Source of the DNA: Adineta vaga
Taxonomy: Eukaryota; Animalia; Rotifera
Assembly (NCBI GenBank): GCA_021613535.1
Contig: CP075497.1
Coordinates: forward strand, 9,982,001-10,046,000
Length of the DNA: 64,000 nt
Reading direction: 5' to 3'
Shown in pieces: positions 27,401-39,200 of the stretch; within the stretch, counting starts at the first letter, position 1; every line of letters begins with the position of its first letter. The notes under the pieces are model-generated. The model made no database searches and was not told the DNA's origin. It worked only from the letters and a program-made list of their open reading frames with translations. The position numbers and the translations under genes were made by a program.

Positions 27401-28412
27401 AAATTTGTGTACATACTTTCTGAACTTTGATCAATTGTAATTCATTTTCTTTTTTATTTAATTCATCTTTAAGACGTTGAATTTCTTTTTCAACATCAAC
27501 ATCACGTTCACGTCGTTTATTTGGATCATAATGTGGATGACGACGAGTCATATGTGCTTCTAAATAAGCTATACTTAAGAATGCATGTGTACAAACAGGA
27601 CACTATACAAATAAGATATATACAATTATTTCACGTAAAGAGATGAAATAATTACTGTGTGATAATTTGAATTCTGTGCCATTAACATTCGTTGTTGAGT
27701 TTCAAGCATTTTTCGTCGTTTTTTTGATTCTTTTTTTGTTTCTAGTAATTCATTTTTTAGTTTTTCTATTTCTCGTCGTGTATCTTCATGTTCCTAATTG
27801 AATTTTAAATGAAAAACATTCATCAAACAAAATGAAATACACTGTTAGAACATACATGAAAACTTTTATTTTTTATTTGTTCATAATCTCCTAATTGAAC
27901 AGTAATTTGATCTTGACAAAGCTAGATGAAATAGAAAATTTCGATTGTAATAATTAAAACAACTGAAAGAAAAGACAAACCAGAAGATATTCAATTGTTA
28001 ATTGAGCCATTTTATACAATTTTATAAAATTTGGATCCATAGCTCTTGTGTCCTTTTATGTATTTTTGATTATTTATATCAAGATATTTGATCTACCAAA
28101 TGAAAACTTACAATTTCAGTTTCGATGTTACATAATGTGATTTGATCGAGATTATCTTGTAATGCTTGAAAATCCATTTCTCGTGAAATACGATCCACAT
28201 CAACTGCCGCTAGAATCAAAAGATATCATATCTTTGTGTTCAAATTTATCTCGTATACCTAATCGACGCCAATCAATCTTTTCATTTCGTTTAAGAAATA
28301 CTCCTGCTTGATTAGATTGTTGATGAGATGGACTCAAATAAAGATGATTCATATCATAACTAGGTAGTGGTCGTTGAGGTGTCATTGCTGTTGAATAATA
28401 GTTAGTTTGCAT
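24494..28412 (-). CDS. DZIP1: DZIP1/Iguana-like cilium assembly zinc-finger protein
   Basis: KRNEKIDWRRL-AAVDVDRISREMDFQALQDNL...KLYKMAQLTIEYLL matches the Dzip N-terminal domain. It is followed by a coiled coil, the C2H2 finger CPVCTHAFLSIAYLEAHMTRRH and an S/T/P-rich tail ending DGEESN* at 24494. Confidence 0.9.
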
Positions 28413-28497
28413 GATTGACACCTGATTAATCCTGATCGTAAAAGAACACTCTACAATTGAAAAGTACCCGCCATATTCTTCTATTGTTGTACAAAGC

Positions 28498-28511
28498 GTT
28501 TCCATCGAAAC
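28498..28511. promoter_or_regulatory. RFX X-box-like motif upstream of DZIP1
   Basis: GTTTCCATCGAAAC has one mismatch to the palindromic X-box GTTTCCATGGAAAC. It lies ~85 bp upstream of the DZIP1 ATG, in the divergent DZIP1/SID-1 intergenic region. Confidence 0.6.
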
Positions 28512-28822
28512 GATTACAATGATAAATTCAAAGTCAGTCAAATGAAAAAGATTTCAATCTTCGTTAAAAGAATTATTGAAATAAATAAAATTTGAGATTT
28601 GAAAATTTTTTAAACGATAAGACGGATTAGATGTCGCTAGTTGCCTACATGATCTTGAAACCGGTTGTATTCAGGAAGATAAGAGATAGAGAAAAAGACT
28701 TATTTGCAGTATATTTGTCAAAATAAGCAAAGACTATTACGTGTAATCTTCATTTTTGTTTCACTTTAAATACAAAAACAACAATCAGTTTTTCGTACGT
28801 TTTTCTTTGAATATCGACAATC

Positions 28823-31800
28823 ATGTTGAGTCATTCCGCTCATCTCTATCTGCTAGGTATTACTAGTCTAATTGTAAGTAATCTCGTATTACTTCATGTA
28901 TGTTGAACACGTAATTTTCTTCAATTAAAGATATCCGTAAACTGCAATCAATTCTTTTATAATTCATTGGATTCAACACTTAACCCTGATGTTATAATTA
29001 GAAACTGTACAATTGGAACACCGTGTTCCGATTCTATTAATGCTACTTCTGTACATTATTATGCTGTACAATATTCTTTCACGCCATCAACGGTAAGATA
29101 TATACACGGGAATAAAATATGTTTTAGTAAACTATAGAATGATCTTCTATGAAAGTTCTATTTTTCTTTTCATTTATCAACAGACTGTACGTGTAACAAC
29201 CGATATGAAATATAACATTACACAAAATGCTCCAATTTTAGTTGTTGTTCGACAAGTTCTTGGGATTATATCATGGACACTTCCCTATGCTTTTTCTAAT
29301 GGGTAGAACTCATTCATTCAAACTATTATCTTTTTTATTGAGTTGTGTATTGTTTGTTTAGAATGATTTATTCTAGTGTTGCTCGTATATTATGTTTACA
29401 TAATGAAATCAATCGTACTCATCCACATACTAGTACTATTTTTATTGAAATATCCACGTCAAATACAAATTTAATTGACTATTCTATTCTATTGGAAAAT
29501 GTAACAGAATACTCACTTCAGTAAATGAGAATGATTACACTTGATACTTAATTCGTTGTTCATTTGTTTTTGAAAATTTAGAGCAGATGTTAAAACACAA
29601 TTTATGGTTTCTCCATCGAAACCTGTTTATTATAACTATAAATTTCCACCGGAGATTGATAGTGTTTTTATAGAAATTCAATCCAAAGATGATCTATGTA
29701 CAAGTGTATCTGTTCAATCATTTTATTGTCCGGTTTATGATGTAAATGAAATTGGTATTCGACAAGGACATTATCAAACGATGTCTCGAAGTGCTTCATT
29801 TAATGTTTATGTAAGAAATTCATTTCGATTTAACAAAACAAACTCTTTTCATTTGTTTTTAGTCAGATGAATTTATTAATCGAAATGACGTTCTTGTTGT
29901 TTTTTCTGTTAAACCAACGGATGCTGATTGTTTATATTATAAAGAATCTGCTATGATACAACCTGGTTTGTATAATCATTTCAAATACCACTTTATCTGT
30001 ATTCATTTCAATTTAGCGGGTGTTATCGATGTTCAACGAATGAAAAATATAACAGTTACAATTCATTCCACTAGTTATTGTATGAAAAGAAGTGTATTGA
30101 AATTTTCCAACCATTTATTGATTTTATTGAATAGATAATTATCTACTTATAACTATTGCTCTTACAGTGGTCTTATTTATAATTATATATGTAATTGCGT
30201 TTACTATTATGTGCAAAAATATTGATATTTAGTAAGCATATTCTTTTGTTTTTCTATATATGCAAAGGTTTTAAATTTTTCATTGATTTTATTTCATAGT
30301 GATAAGTTAGGTCCAGATAATTTACGTACGTATTTCTGTCTTGTAATTTTGTTGAAAATGAAATTTATCTTTGACTATAGCATTGTTAAAACAACAGACT
30401 GAACGTGAACTTACTGGTTTGTATCGATGAATGAAATATTGATTATTTGAAATTTAATTTGAATTGTAGAACATCGACCAAGTGACCAACAAAATGAAAC
30501 ATCTGAAAGTGAAGAGAACGTTACTGGATCGAATGGACATCAGCTTGAACGTCAAATAACGAATGTTGATGTTATTGAAATATCTAATGTAAATCTCAAT
30601 CAAATCATACATAATAACAAAAGAAATATTTCCAATCTTCTCTTGTAGCGTGGTTTTGTTACTGTCAATGATTTATGTATCAAAGATTATGATTATTTAC
30701 AACAACAATTCCGAATCTATCCACATACAATGCTGAGTATTGCCATATTCTATTCCTTACCAGTCATACAACTTGTTTTACAATATCAATTAAATATTGA
30801 TGCAATAGGAAATGAGGATATATGTTATTTCAATTTCTTATGTACACGACAATTGTTTAATTTAACGGCATTTAACAATATTTTTTCTAATATTGGGTAC
30901 TGTGCACTTGGTTTACTTTTCTTTATTATTGTTTATCGAAGGTAAATTGAACGGAATGTAATGAGAAAAAAAAAGCTATCATTGTTCTAATGTAGAGATA
31001 AAGCCTATGGTCGATTTTTATCAAACTATCCTGAAATAGGAAAAGTAAATTGAATGATAGAAAAAAAAACTATCTTTGAATAAATCTATTTTCATCAGGA
31101 ATATGGCATTCCACAACACTTTGGATTGTTTTATGCGATGGCTATTGGTCTATTGATGGAGGGAATTATGAGTGCATGGTAAGAATATTTATAGAATCGA
31201 AATAGAATATTGATAAGCAATCATTTAGTTATCATGTATGTCCATCACGACAAAATTTTCAATTTGATACGAGTTTTATGTTTATTATTGCTGTTTTGAG
31301 TATAATCAAAATTTATCAACGAAGACATCCAGATATTAATCCTCGATCAGCTAGTGCATTTTCATTTCTAGCTATTATTATTTTTATTAACGTTATTGGA
31401 GTGGTAATATCATCGACAATTATTCTTGTTATTACTATTAAAAATCTATTTTCCTTTTTATTTCTATAGTATTTTGATAAATTATGGTTTTGGATAACTT
31501 ATTGTATTATTCATATTGTGACATGTATAACATTTACTGGAAAAATTTATTATATGGGAAGACTGAAACTTTCATTACGTGTTCATGTAAATTGAAAAAT
31601 ATGTTTTACTTGTGTTTAGCTTTTAAAAAATTTCATATCTTTTTTTAGATTCATTTATATCGACTGGTGAAAACGAATGGTTTCTTTTCTCGTCCTCGTT
31701 ATTTAAATCGTATGGGTATATTGATTCCAGGGAATTTTATCAATATCGCTTTCGCTCTATACGGTGCTATTGCACAACCGGAATCATTTCCGAATCATCT

Positions 31801-32146
31801 TCTCTTTGTTTTCCTTGGAAATTTAGCTTTATATTTATGTTATTATATTGTCATGAAAAAGATTCATCATGAACATTTTACACTATTTTCTGTTGCAATT
31901 CTTGTTTTATCCCTGTGTTTCTGGGCATCATCGTTAGTTTTCTTCTATAATGAAGTTAAAAGTTATGAAATTCAACCAGCTCTATCAAGAACATTGAATC
32001 AACGATGTATTTTATTGCAAACTTATGATGCGCACGATGTTTGGCACATATTATCGTCATTTGGATTGTTCTTTTCATTTTTATCAATTTTAACAATTGA
32101 TGATGGTATTCGAAAGAAACCACGAAGAGAAATAGCTGCTTTTTAA
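28823..32146 (+). CDS. SIDT: SID-1 transmembrane family protein (SIDT1/2-like; CREST superfamily)
   Basis: Signal peptide, [81 protein letters not shown]...[30 protein letters not shown] and the terminal DD...REIAAF are typical SID-1 motifs. Confidence 0.95.
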
Positions 32147-32222
32147 TATATCTAATGAGTAAAATTCTGTTTTTATTTCGAAATTAAAAACAATAAATAG
32201 ACCTAAATGATATTTCTTTTTC

Positions 32223-32696
32223 TTATTGAATAAAATCTCCAACAAAAAAAACTGAAAGTGCTTGTTCAATCGATAACATGCCTTGTTCATCAATATCCAT
32301 ATCTCGTAGCATTTCATCAATTTCTTCTTCACTTAATTTTTCTCCACGTGTACTTAAGAAATATTTTAATTCTCGTGCAGATATAAAACCATTTCGTTCA
32401 TAATCGAAACAACGTAAACTTTGATGAACATCTTTTTCTGAACGTTTTTTTAATCCAACACATAAATCTTGAATGGTTTTTAAATCAAATAATTGATATG
32501 CATATGTTGTACCTAATTTTGTATCGAGTAATTTCTTTAATTCACTATTTGTTGGACTATAACCAGCAGCTCGAACAGCAATACCAACATCTTTGAGACT
32601 TAAGGCACGATTACGATTGCGTTTCGATAAAACTTCATAGATTTGTTTTAAACGATCATCGACTGACAATGATGTACCATTAATATGCTTGCTCAT
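32223..32696 (-). CDS. Calmodulin-like / myosin light chain-like EF-hand protein (uninterrupted ORF)
   Basis: VRAAGYSPTNSEL, FDYERNGFISARELKYFLSTRGEKLSEEEIDEMLRDMDIDEQG. The N-lobe EF loops are degenerate. Confidence 0.85.
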   Translation of the reverse strand: MSKHINGTSLSVDDRLKQIYEVLSKRNRNRALSLKDVGIAVRAAGYSPTNSELKKLLDTKLGTTYAYQLFDLKTIQDLCVGLKKRSEKDVHQSLRCFDYERNGFISARELKYFLSTRGEKLSEEEIDEMLRDMDIDEQGMLSIEQALSVFFVGDFIQ

Positions 32697-33100
32697 TGTA
32701 CGTGTTTGTTATATAGACAATGACAAAAGAAGAAATGGTATGAATAAAGCAGTATACTGTCGGAAGGATTAGTTTTCTCTTTTTTCTTTCTCTCTCTCCC
32801 CCTCTCCTTCTCTTTTCTCACAGTAACGATCGATTGTTTATTTGTCACCGAAAAGGAGAAAGAAAATGAGACGAGAAGGAATAACGAACGTGCATGATCA
32901 ATATGACATTTAGCTTACCTTCTCCTATTCAGTCAAGCAGATATACAGGTGACCTCACACAACTATTTCATCTTCTTCTTTCTTTCCTTATCGAAAATGT
33001 TCAACTCAGAACAAAGACATCCATTCATCTCTATTGTTTCATTGTCTTATTTTTATACGTAAAAGATTATTGAATATAATTTTTGTTCTATTTAGATCAA

Positions 33101-35571
33101 ATGAATTATTTCATTAAAATATTTCTTTATTTCCTGTTTTTATCCGAAATCAATGGAAATATTATATTAATTAATGATCCAACACATGTTCATTATCCAC
33201 CTTATACAATTCATTCAATAAACATTCGAATAAAACGAGATAAACTTACGTTATTATCCTCCGAAAATAACCAATGTGATCAACATATTTATACAAAACT
33301 TTATAGTTGTTCACAATTAACAGATTGCACGTAGGTATCATTTAACAAATTTGCTTTTTTTTTCATTTCCTCATCCTCTAGAGCACTAACAACATGTCTT
33401 CAATCTATTCATTGTTCAATCAATAACAAATCATATGGAAGTTTAATTCTTAATTTACTTAATTTACTTGGACTCAACAATTGTCAACATAATGATTTAC
33501 ATACCTCATGTCCAAATACGAAACGAGTGATCATCTTACATAATCTATTGACACATTGGACTGGTTATAAAGTAGGCAATCATAATGAATATCAGGTAGA
33601 GAACAATGAAGATATTAATCACTATTGCCAGTAGGTTTACATATGATTTGATATACATGTAAAATAGTTTATTATTGTTTGTCATATATAGAACTATATC
33701 AAATTTTATAAGTGAAGTTAAGAATGAGATAAAAGAACAATGTTCATTATATTCACGACAGGTTGATGCATTTCTTGAAAATTATTTTTGTTCAAGTAAG
33801 ACAATCTTTCAATCTAGAAATATGTTAATTTTCTTTGAGTAGCAAATCCTGTTTCATTTACAGCGAAAAGTGGTACGTCTGAATTAGAACATTCATTACA
33901 TTGGTCGAAATTAGATGATACTTTACGAAAATTATCAATAAATCCATCAAAAACTGTTGATTTTGATGAAGATAATGATTTTTATTTTTTCAATTCAAAT
34001 CAAAACTTATTCAATACGACAGAACAAACGGTTTATGTTGTATGTATATATATATATATATTCATTTAAATAACTATTGTTTTGTTCTTTTTCTTACAGA
34101 ATGATCATCATTATTATAATGTATCATATATTATTCCAAAATCTCAAGGATTACCATTATATTTTGTACAAGATACGAATCAATTTACACATATTCAAGC
34201 ACTTGCTGATCAACATCGAACAGCTTTTGTAAGTTGAATAGAATGATGTCAATTGAATATTGATGAAAATGAATTTGAATTCTAGAGTATCAATTTAAAA
34301 TTTGATTTTCCATTCTATGGACATAATATTAATAAAATAATGGTTGGAACAGGAGGTATATTTTGTTATACTTGTCGATGAATTATTCAGACGCGAAGAT
34401 TTATTTTAGGTTTTATCTATACAGGTGATCTGTTACACTCAGCACTAATTGGTAGTACACAATAGTGAGTTTATTGAATGAAATATTAAAAATAATTGAA
34501 TTTATTTCTTTATAGTATCGCTCCATTTATGGCAAATTTCGATGTAAATATTGGTGGAAATCGATCGGAAATCAAATATATCGATAATAGTACACATTTT
34601 ATATGTACATGGAATAATCTTTATCTTCAAGATCAACCAGATATTGGCTCATTTACATTTCAAGCAATTTTACAAAATACTGGTAAGATTAAGTCAGTTT
34701 TATTCTAATCAATAGTTGATTTTATTTTCATTAGGTAATATTTATTTTAACTACATAAGAATTCCATCAATGAATATTTCCAATGTTAACCATGCTCATC
34801 GCATCGGTCTTTCCGATGCATATATGTCTGAACATACAACAAATGAACATATTGTTCGTGTTATCACACTTTATGATAAGCTCAATTTAGAACATGAAAA
34901 AATTCAAAATGGAGTTTCCGTTATGTTTGCAATGGATAAAAGTACGTTTTAGTTGTCAAATGTTTTCGTATCGATATAGTAATAATTTTGTTTTTCTTTC
35001 TGACATGTTTCATCTTTGAATTACATCAATTAAATTTCTAATTATTGACAACTGTCTACCATATTTTATAATTAGAGAATGTTTTTTATTTATTTATTTA
35101 GCATGCAATACCTTTACCGATTGTACATCATGTCTAGCGAATCGTGGTAAACGATACAATTGTTCATGGTGTGATACAATTCAAAAATGTTCAGATGGTT
35201 ATGATCGTTCTCGTCATCAATGGATTCAAGGTCAATGTCATTATTTAGCATTGGAAAACATTTGTCCAAATAATATTGAAGAACCATTCATTGATACAGA
35301 TCAAATGCTGAGAACACCATTTTCATCAGTTACTCATTCAGATGAAATTAAAACATATCAACAACATTCAACATTATCTACCATTCGTACGATTTTTGTT
35401 ACATTATTATTAACTGTTTTAATTCTTTCTTTAATTGCGTTTATTGGTACTTATATTTATGCATATTGGCATCCTACATCACCACCAGGTATATGGCTAC
35501 TCGAACATCGTCCTACGACTTATATTGCTCGGTTTAAACGTTCAACGGGAATGAACAATGACTCATCATAA
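33101..35571 (+). CDS. PLXDC: Plexin domain-containing protein (PLXDC1/2, TEM7-like) type I membrane protein
   Basis: Signal peptide, then DHHYYN, FDFPFYGH, GTGGFIYTG, TQYIAPFMANFD, GSFTFQAIL, HRIGLSDAY, a PSI domain (C..FTDCTSC...YNCSWCDTIQKCSDGYDRSRHQW), a TM helix and YAYWHPTSPPGIWLLEHRP. Confidence 0.88.
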
Positions 35572-36299
35572 CTTTGTTTCGTTGTAATTATACTTGTTTA
35601 ATATATAATTAACAATATGTTACTTTAGTTGTTCAGTTTTATGTTTGCTTATTATTTGTCTTTCTGTTTTCTATTAAATAATATCGATTTACAGATAAGA
35701 AAGAAAGACCAGTGATATTGAAATACTATTGTTGCTTAGATAACTATCTATGTAGAAGAAAAAGGCAAGTTTTCTACAAGAATGACTATTTGCTTTCTTC
35801 TTTCTTTTCCATAATCTTAGAAACATAGATCGACATATTGATCTCATATTTTATCAATAGTTTATATAAAATGAAAATGCTATACTAAATTTTTATGTAC
35901 TTCAAGAGAACTAAATAATGAAATCTTTCATTCTTTTTTACCAAATATGCATATCGATATATTAAATCAATTCTTCAATAATATAATCGGTCACTTGTAT
36001 TAAAAGGTTATTGCGAACATTTCTACTCTTTCTCATATCCTTACGTTCAAATACATACCTATTTGAAAGCTAGTCAGTACGATTGATTTAACCTCATCGT
36101 ACTTAAACGTTCGAACGTAACGTTAATATCGTGCCTATTCATTGGATAGATATATAATTGGATAGACGAAATTTTCTTCTCTGTTGATGTATACAAACAA
36201 GTGTGCCTTGATAAGGTAAAAACTATCGTTTTCTTTATATTAAAATAAGAATGTCGTCTTTTTCTTTTAGATACTTTTGCACTTATACTATCAATTTAA

Positions 36300-39200
36300 A
36301 TGCCAGAAAAAACTTTTGAAACAGAATCTATTGATATAAATGGTGATTCTTCATCGCCGACTGACCATTCACCTAATCTAAATTCAGTAGATAAAAATAT
36401 AAAAAATGCCCATGAAAAGTAATAAATAGGATTATGTTTTCATAAAAATTAAATATTTATTTCAATAGATCTTACTCAAATGAACAACAGTCTGATCATT
36501 CAGCTTTACATGATGTTCGTGATGATGATGAATTAAGTAATGATGAACAAGAAAAACAACTTGAAGAAGAATTAGATGATATTGATATAATACAAAAAAT
36601 TCAAACTAATATGTCAACTCCTGCAGGTACAGCTGAAATGATGCAACATACATCTGCAATACCTCAGAAAGGATTTCATTTTTTATCAAAATTTCCGTAT
36701 GTATATTTTGATTGATATCGTTTGAAACGAATTTATTCTATTTTTGTTCATTCTAGTTTTTTCCGCAAATCAAACAAACCTAAAAAACCTCAAGCTCGTC
36801 GCTTAAAATTATTTGAAATCTATCGATATGCCGATAAAATGGATATTATTTTAATGATTGTCGGATCAATAGCTGGTCAGTTGCATTTTTATTTCGAGTT
36901 TTTATTTAACTTTTTCTTTTGATTGTTTTTAGCTATTATCACTGGTGGTACGAAATCTAAATTTAAAATTGTCAAACGAAACGAATTCTTTGCATATTTC
37001 TAGCTCTTTTCCCATTTATGTTGCTTCTCTATCGTAGAGTAACAAATAGTCTGGTTGAGTTAGGAAAAAGTCAAGCAAATACTACGATTGCCTCAGTTAT
37101 TGTTGGAAGTAGCGGTGGATGGTACGAAGTTTCTCATCTTTATTTAGTTAAACTATTATTTTTCTTGTTTGATAGTTTTATCCTTCCTGATAATAGTACC
37201 GATTCTGAATCACCACAAGATCAAATCAATGGAGTTATTAAATATTATGTTTTACTCGGATTTCTCAGTGTTTTCTTCTATTGGGTTGCTTGGTCTAGTT
37301 GGATTATTGCTGCAGAAAGACAAGTACGTCGAATTCGGTATGTAATGATGCATATTGTTGAAGAGATTTGATTATTTGGAATGATTTTTATTTTAAGTTT
37401 TGATCTTTTTCGAAATATTTTACGACAAGAAATCGGTTGGTTCGATATACATAATGCCGGTGAATTGAGTAATCGACTCATTGACGATTTAGGTTAGAGA
37501 GTTTTGTACAATATATTTCTTTTCATCTTGATTTCTTCTTTCAATTGTTTATAGATAAAATCAAAAGTGGAATAAGGTATGCTATATATATAAAACTGAA
37601 TAATTTTTCATATTCAACAAATTGTGTAGTGATCAAGTGCCCGATTTTATTTCCCTTGTGTCACGTATGTTAGGTGCACTAATTTATGCTCTAGTAGTCG
37701 GATGGAAATTAACATTAGTATTTTTATCTATATCACCATTGATAATTATTACTTTTAATATAACTATTAAAGTAAGTTAAGCTTCTTGTTTTACTTCATT
37801 TTTAATATCGATGAAAATCTTCTTTGAGGTAATCGTGAAATACACGATAAAAGAAATTCAAGCTTTTGCATCAGCATCATCAATTGCACAAGAAGTATTA
37901 CAAAATATACGAACCGTAACAGCTTTTCATGGACAAAAGAAAGAGGAAGAAAGGTGAGTGAAAACTATTTTGAAGCTTTCAACTCTGATTTGATTTAGAT
38001 TTGCTCAAAATTTACTCCGAGCACAAAAAATGGGTTTAAAAAAAGGACTCTTGATGGGATTATCTAAAGGTTTCTCTCAGATCGCAACATTTGCTGCATT
38101 TACCATTACATTTTGGTATTGAATTGATATTATCTTCTCTTTTAACGTATGATGATCTTATTGAATATTTATAGGTATGGTCCCGAGCTTGTTCGAACTG
38201 ACTGTACAAATTATTCGGCTGGTACAGTCATTGTGGTACGTATTTTTTACATACGTTATATTGATTTTTTTTTATTTGAAAATCTGATATTTCTAGGTGT
38301 TCATTGGATGTATGGTATGACATTTTTAGTAAAATTATTGGCAATAAAGAGAATATTCCTTCTTTTGGTTCATTAGATTGCGACATTTAGTACCGCACAA
38401 TTCATACCAAATTTTCAGAGTTTTGCAGAAGCTTTGGGTAGTGGGAGTTATGTCTTTGACGTAATCGACCGAGTAAATAATAACTACTTTTTACAATATA
38501 TAATAAATATTTGTATTTGTTCTTTTTACAGCAAACAAAGATTGATGCGTCTGATGAGGAGGGTGATAAACCTCAATCTATCATTGGTGATATTGAATTT
38601 AAAGATGTTATTTTTACTTATCCAGCAAGACCAGAAGCACCCGTATGTATTTGACGATATTGTCATTATACTCCATATTCAATATTTTATAAATCTGTTT
38701 TAGATTTTGAATAAACTATCATTAAAAATTCCATCTGGTAAAACAGTTGCACTTGTTGGAGCATCTGGTTGTGGAAGTAGGCAATACATCACATCTCTCA
38801 TTCTCCCATACTCACTCTTGTTTTTCTTCTTCTTCTCCTCTTCCTCCTCCTCATAGAAAGTACAACCATTCAGCTCATCCAACGATTCTATGATCCTGAA
38901 CATGGACAAGTTCTTCTCGATGGTAAAGATATCAAATCATTGAATGTTGCTTGGCTTCGTTCACATATCGGCATCGTTAGTCAAGAGCCTGTTCTCTTCA
39001 CTGGATCAATCGAAGAAAACATTCGATTTGGTAAACCAAATGCAACTGATGATGAAGTGCAACATGCCGCTCAAATGGCGAATGCACATGAGTTCATCAT
39101 GCAACTTCCTGACGTACGATCCACCACCTTTTCTGTTGTTATTTGAGATGATGATTGTTTGTATTTTTCAATAGAATTACAAAACATCATCAGGCGACAA

